From assembly GCA_028716365.1 (NCBI GenBank), contig JAQUPZ010000001.1, positions 839,393 through 903,392 on the forward strand: DNA of 64,000 nt, in the 5' to 3' direction. This document shows, piece after piece, positions 61,796 through 64,000 of this stretch (the stretch's first letter is position 1; each line of letters starts with the position of its first letter). The notes under the pieces were generated by a model, which made no database searches, had not been told where the DNA came from, and saw only the letters and a program-made list of their open reading frames with translations. Position numbers and translations under genes: made by a program. Source of the stretch: Kiritimatiellia bacterium. Lineage in GTDB: Bacteria; Verrucomicrobiota; Kiritimatiellia; UBA8416; YA12-FULL-48-11.

Positions 61796-61963
61796 ATTGG
61801 GTTGTACTCCTAATGATTTCGAAACGATTTCTCAGCACTGCTATTTGCTGGATCGCCCTTTCAGTCCAAGCCACACAATTTCGCGTTTTTGTATTATATT
61901 CACTGTGATTGCACAAGCCCCAATTATTGTTTAGGGATTCCGGGCTTTTAAACTATTCAGCTT

Positions 61964-61992
61964 GTTGACGTAAAAGGACAAGTAAAGTATAA
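61964..61992 (+). promoter_or_regulatory. Putative sigma70-like promoter (TTGACG-17-TATAAG)
   Basis: The -35 element is at 61964-61969. The -10 element is at 61987-61992 with a 17-nt spacer. It lies about 58 nt upstream of the ATG at 62051, in a divergent intergenic region. Confidence 0.35.
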
Positions 61993-62050
61993 GCGGGAAA
62001 TCAAGACGGTAAAATGGTGAGAAAAGACGGGATATTCGGGAGGATAAACT

Positions 62051-63043
62051 ATGAAGAAATGGCTGTTAACGTTAGGATTTGGATTATGTATTGCTGTTCC
62101 TGTTATTGCGCAGAAAGTACCTACAGGCAACCCGAAAGATTTCAAGGTCAAGACATGCCTTCATTCAGTAAGTTACATGGGAATCTGGCGCGGTCAGGCA
62201 AAACTTACTGTCGATGAATTCCTTGTTAAAGCCAAGGAACTTGGTTACGACGGTATAATGCTCGTTGCAAAACGTCCGCATGTATCAGTGCTCGATTATG
62301 ACAGCGAAGCCCGGCGAAAATTAAAGGCCAGAATTAATGAATTGGGACTCGAACTTGTTTGCCTTGCAGGGTATTGCGATTTTACAGCGGGTATTGACAA
62401 GGTAGGTGTACCGAATGTTGAAATCCAGGCAGCCTACGTCGGTGAAGTGGCGAAACTTGCAAAAGACCTTGGTACCAGCATGGTACGAATATTTACCGGA
62501 TACGAGCGTCCTGGTATTCCTTACGATAAACAGTATGAGGCAGTACTTGAAGGTTTGAAACTTGCCGGCAAAGAAGCGGCGAAGTATGGCGTTACGCTTG
62601 CCGTACAGAATCACCATGACATTGGCCTGCATCACAATGCCATGTACTGGCTCTTGAAAGAAGTAAACCTGCCGAATGTTATGGCTGCCTGGGATGCATG
62701 GTCTCCAACCCTGGAAGGTTTGAGCGCCGAAGAAATCCGGCAATCTGTCTTCAAGATGAAGCCATATATAGTACATACAACGACAGCCGACTATATACGT
62801 ATCCCACGGTATAAGTATGATAATCATTTGACCAATTATCTCCTCCAGGATGCCGTTTTACGGGCTGTGCCAATGGGGGAAGGTATTGTTGATTACAAAA
62901 ATTTTATCAATGCCCTGAAGGAAATTGGTTACCAGGGTTATATAACCTACGAAATGTGCGAAGTACTTGATGGTGGTGGTTCGGTTGAGAATCTTGACAA
63001 GGCTGCCAGAAAGTTTCTGGAATACGTTCAGCAATTCAAATGA
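62051..63043 (+). CDS. Sugar phosphate isomerase/epimerase (xylose-isomerase-like TIM barrel), with signal peptide
   Basis: A signal peptide is present. An AP-endonuclease-2/xylose-isomerase-like TIM barrel is indicated (GYDGIML...VTLAVQNHHDIGL...TYEMCE). Confidence 0.65.
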   Translation: MKKWLLTLGFGLCIAVPVIAQKVPTGNPKDFKVKTCLHSVSYMGIWRGQAKLTVDEFLVKAKELGYDGIMLVAKRPHVSVLDYDSEARRKLKARINELGLELVCLAGYCDFTAGIDKVGVPNVEIQAAYVGEVAKLAKDLGTSMVRIFTGYERPGIPYDKQYEAVLEGLKLAGKEAAKYGVTLAVQNHHDIGLHHNAMYWLLKEVNLPNVMAAWDAWSPTLEGLSAEEIRQSVFKMKPYIVHTTTADYIRIPRYKYDNHLTNYLLQDAVLRAVPMGEGIVDYKNFINALKEIGYQGYITYEMCEVLDGGGSVENLDKAARKFLEYVQQFK

Positions 63044-63106
63044 TCGGGACATCGTTTAATTAGTGGGTTAATCCCGCTATTTGTACATAAGGAAACGAGG
63101 TGAAAA

Positions 63107-64000
63107 ATGCCTGATTTAAATCGTCGTGATTTTCTGAAGTCCGCTGGTTTTGGTACTGTTGCTTTTGCATTGCCGACATGGTTGAGGGCTGGAGAAACCA
63201 GGAAAAATCTACCAAATATAATTTATATCCTTTGTGATGACCTGGGTTATGGAGATGTGAAATGTCTGAACCCAGACGGTAAGATTGCTACGCCAAACAT
63301 GGACAAGCTTGCCGCGGGTGGAATGATTTTTACAGATGCGCATTCCGGTTCATCAGTTTGTACTCCGACGCGATATGGGGTGATGACCGGACGTTATTGC
63401 TGGCGGACGCGATTGCAAACCCACGTGCTTGGCGGATATTCTTCACGACTGATAACGCCCGGAAGAATGACAGTGGCTTCGCTTCTGAAGCAGAATGGTT
63501 ATGACACGGCCTGTTTCGGTAAATGGCATCTTGGCATGGACTGGGCAAGGACCACTGATGAACCGCTTCCTGATGAAATAAAGAATGCCACCAATGTCGA
63601 CTTCAGCAAGCCGGCTGTTGGTGGTCCGGTGGATTGCGGTTTTGATTATTATTATGGTATTTCCGCTTCACTCGACATGCCGCCTTTTGTTTTCATCGAG
63701 AACAATAAGACGGTGAGTATTCCCACGGAAATAACGAAAGAAGGCGGATACAGGGAAGGTTTGACGGCAAAAGGCTTCAAGGCTGTGGAAGTTCTTCCGA
63801 CTATCACTAGAAAGACTGTTGAGTATATTGACCGGATTTCGAAAAAGGCCAAGGATGGTACTCCTTTCTTTATATATATGCCTCTGAATTCTCCGCATGC
63901 ACCAATAGTTCCTGCCAGTGAATGGCAGGACAAAAGCGGGCTGAACAAATATGGCGATTTTGTGATGCAGACTGACTGGACTGTTGGTGAGGTAATGAAA
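63107..64000 (+). CDS. Tat-exported Cys-type sulfatase (3' partial, runs off window end)
   Basis: A twin-arginine motif (RRDFLKS) is present. The sulfatase signature SVCTPTRYGVMTGRY (C-x-P-x-R FGly motif) is present with LCDDLGYGD. The ORF track does not list it because there is no stop in the window. Confidence 0.85.
   Translation, partial: MPDLNRRDFLKSAGFGTVAFALPTWLRAGETRKNLPNIIYILCDDLGYGDVKCLNPDGKIATPNMDKLAAGGMIFTDAHSGSSVCTPTRYGVMTGRYCWRTRLQTHVLGGYSSRLITPGRMTVASLLKQNGYDTACFGKWHLGMDWARTTDEPLPDEIKNATNVDFSKPAVGGPVDCGFDYYYGISASLDMPPFVFIENNKTVSIPTEITKEGGYREGLTAKGFKAVEVLPTITRKTVEYIDRISKKAKDGTPFFIYMPLNSPHAPIVPASEWQDKSGLNKYGDFVMQTDWTVGEVMK

Noticed and set aside
1-64000. Checked for a CRISPR array, tRNA/rRNA genes, a transposase/IS element, an integrase or a prophage.
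   Set aside because: No regularly spaced direct repeats, no cloverleaf-like tRNA candidates, no rRNA-like stretches and no DDE, tyrosine-recombinase or phage structural motifs were seen. The only strong repeat is the 68-bp leader pair.

Overview
The window reads as a chromosomal glycan-degradation region from an SD-using, roughly 50% GC bacterium with a Planctomycetota/Verrucomicrobiota/Lentisphaerota-like gene repertoire. Many products are Sec/Tat-exported beta-propeller or PQQ-repeat proteins, two DUF6807 (PmoA-like) proteins, ThuA proteins, a Tat Gfo/Idh/MocA oxidoreductase, an ECF sigma factor with a FecR-LamG anti-sigma, and a Cys-type sulfatase. I call 38 CDS. Recognisable enzymes include a GH95 alpha-L-fucosidase with an N-terminal LamG domain, a BNR sialidase-like protein, a sialate O-acetylesterase, an SGNH esterase, KDPG aldolase, a FucP-family permease, a sugar-phosphate isomerase, an IclR regulator, an M55 peptidase, a parvulin PPIase and a URO-D-like protein. 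The most striking family has four paralogs of a secreted PD40 beta-propeller protein, each with two or three CXXCH heme c motifs (hydrazine-synthase-alpha-like architecture). One paralog is fused to an F5/8 discoidin domain and an FGE-sulfatase (SUMF1-like) domain. It appears translationally coupled (ATGA) to the IclR gene and lies near the sulfatase gene. A second notable region (17.6-25.2 kb) is compositionally mosaic. It holds a low-GC AsnB/lasso-cyclase-like gene, then three high-GC secreted-protein genes that share an upstream motif. Two of those genes also share a 68-bp leader containing a 7-bp palindrome (AATTGCT-N9-AGCAATT) and have homologous N-terminal signal regions despite unrelated mature domains. 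That region also contains a 1-kb non-coding stretch packed with perfect palindromes and a closed multi-hairpin element. I found no rRNA, tRNA, CRISPR array or transposase. Every functional call is by eye from motifs and has not been confirmed by database search.
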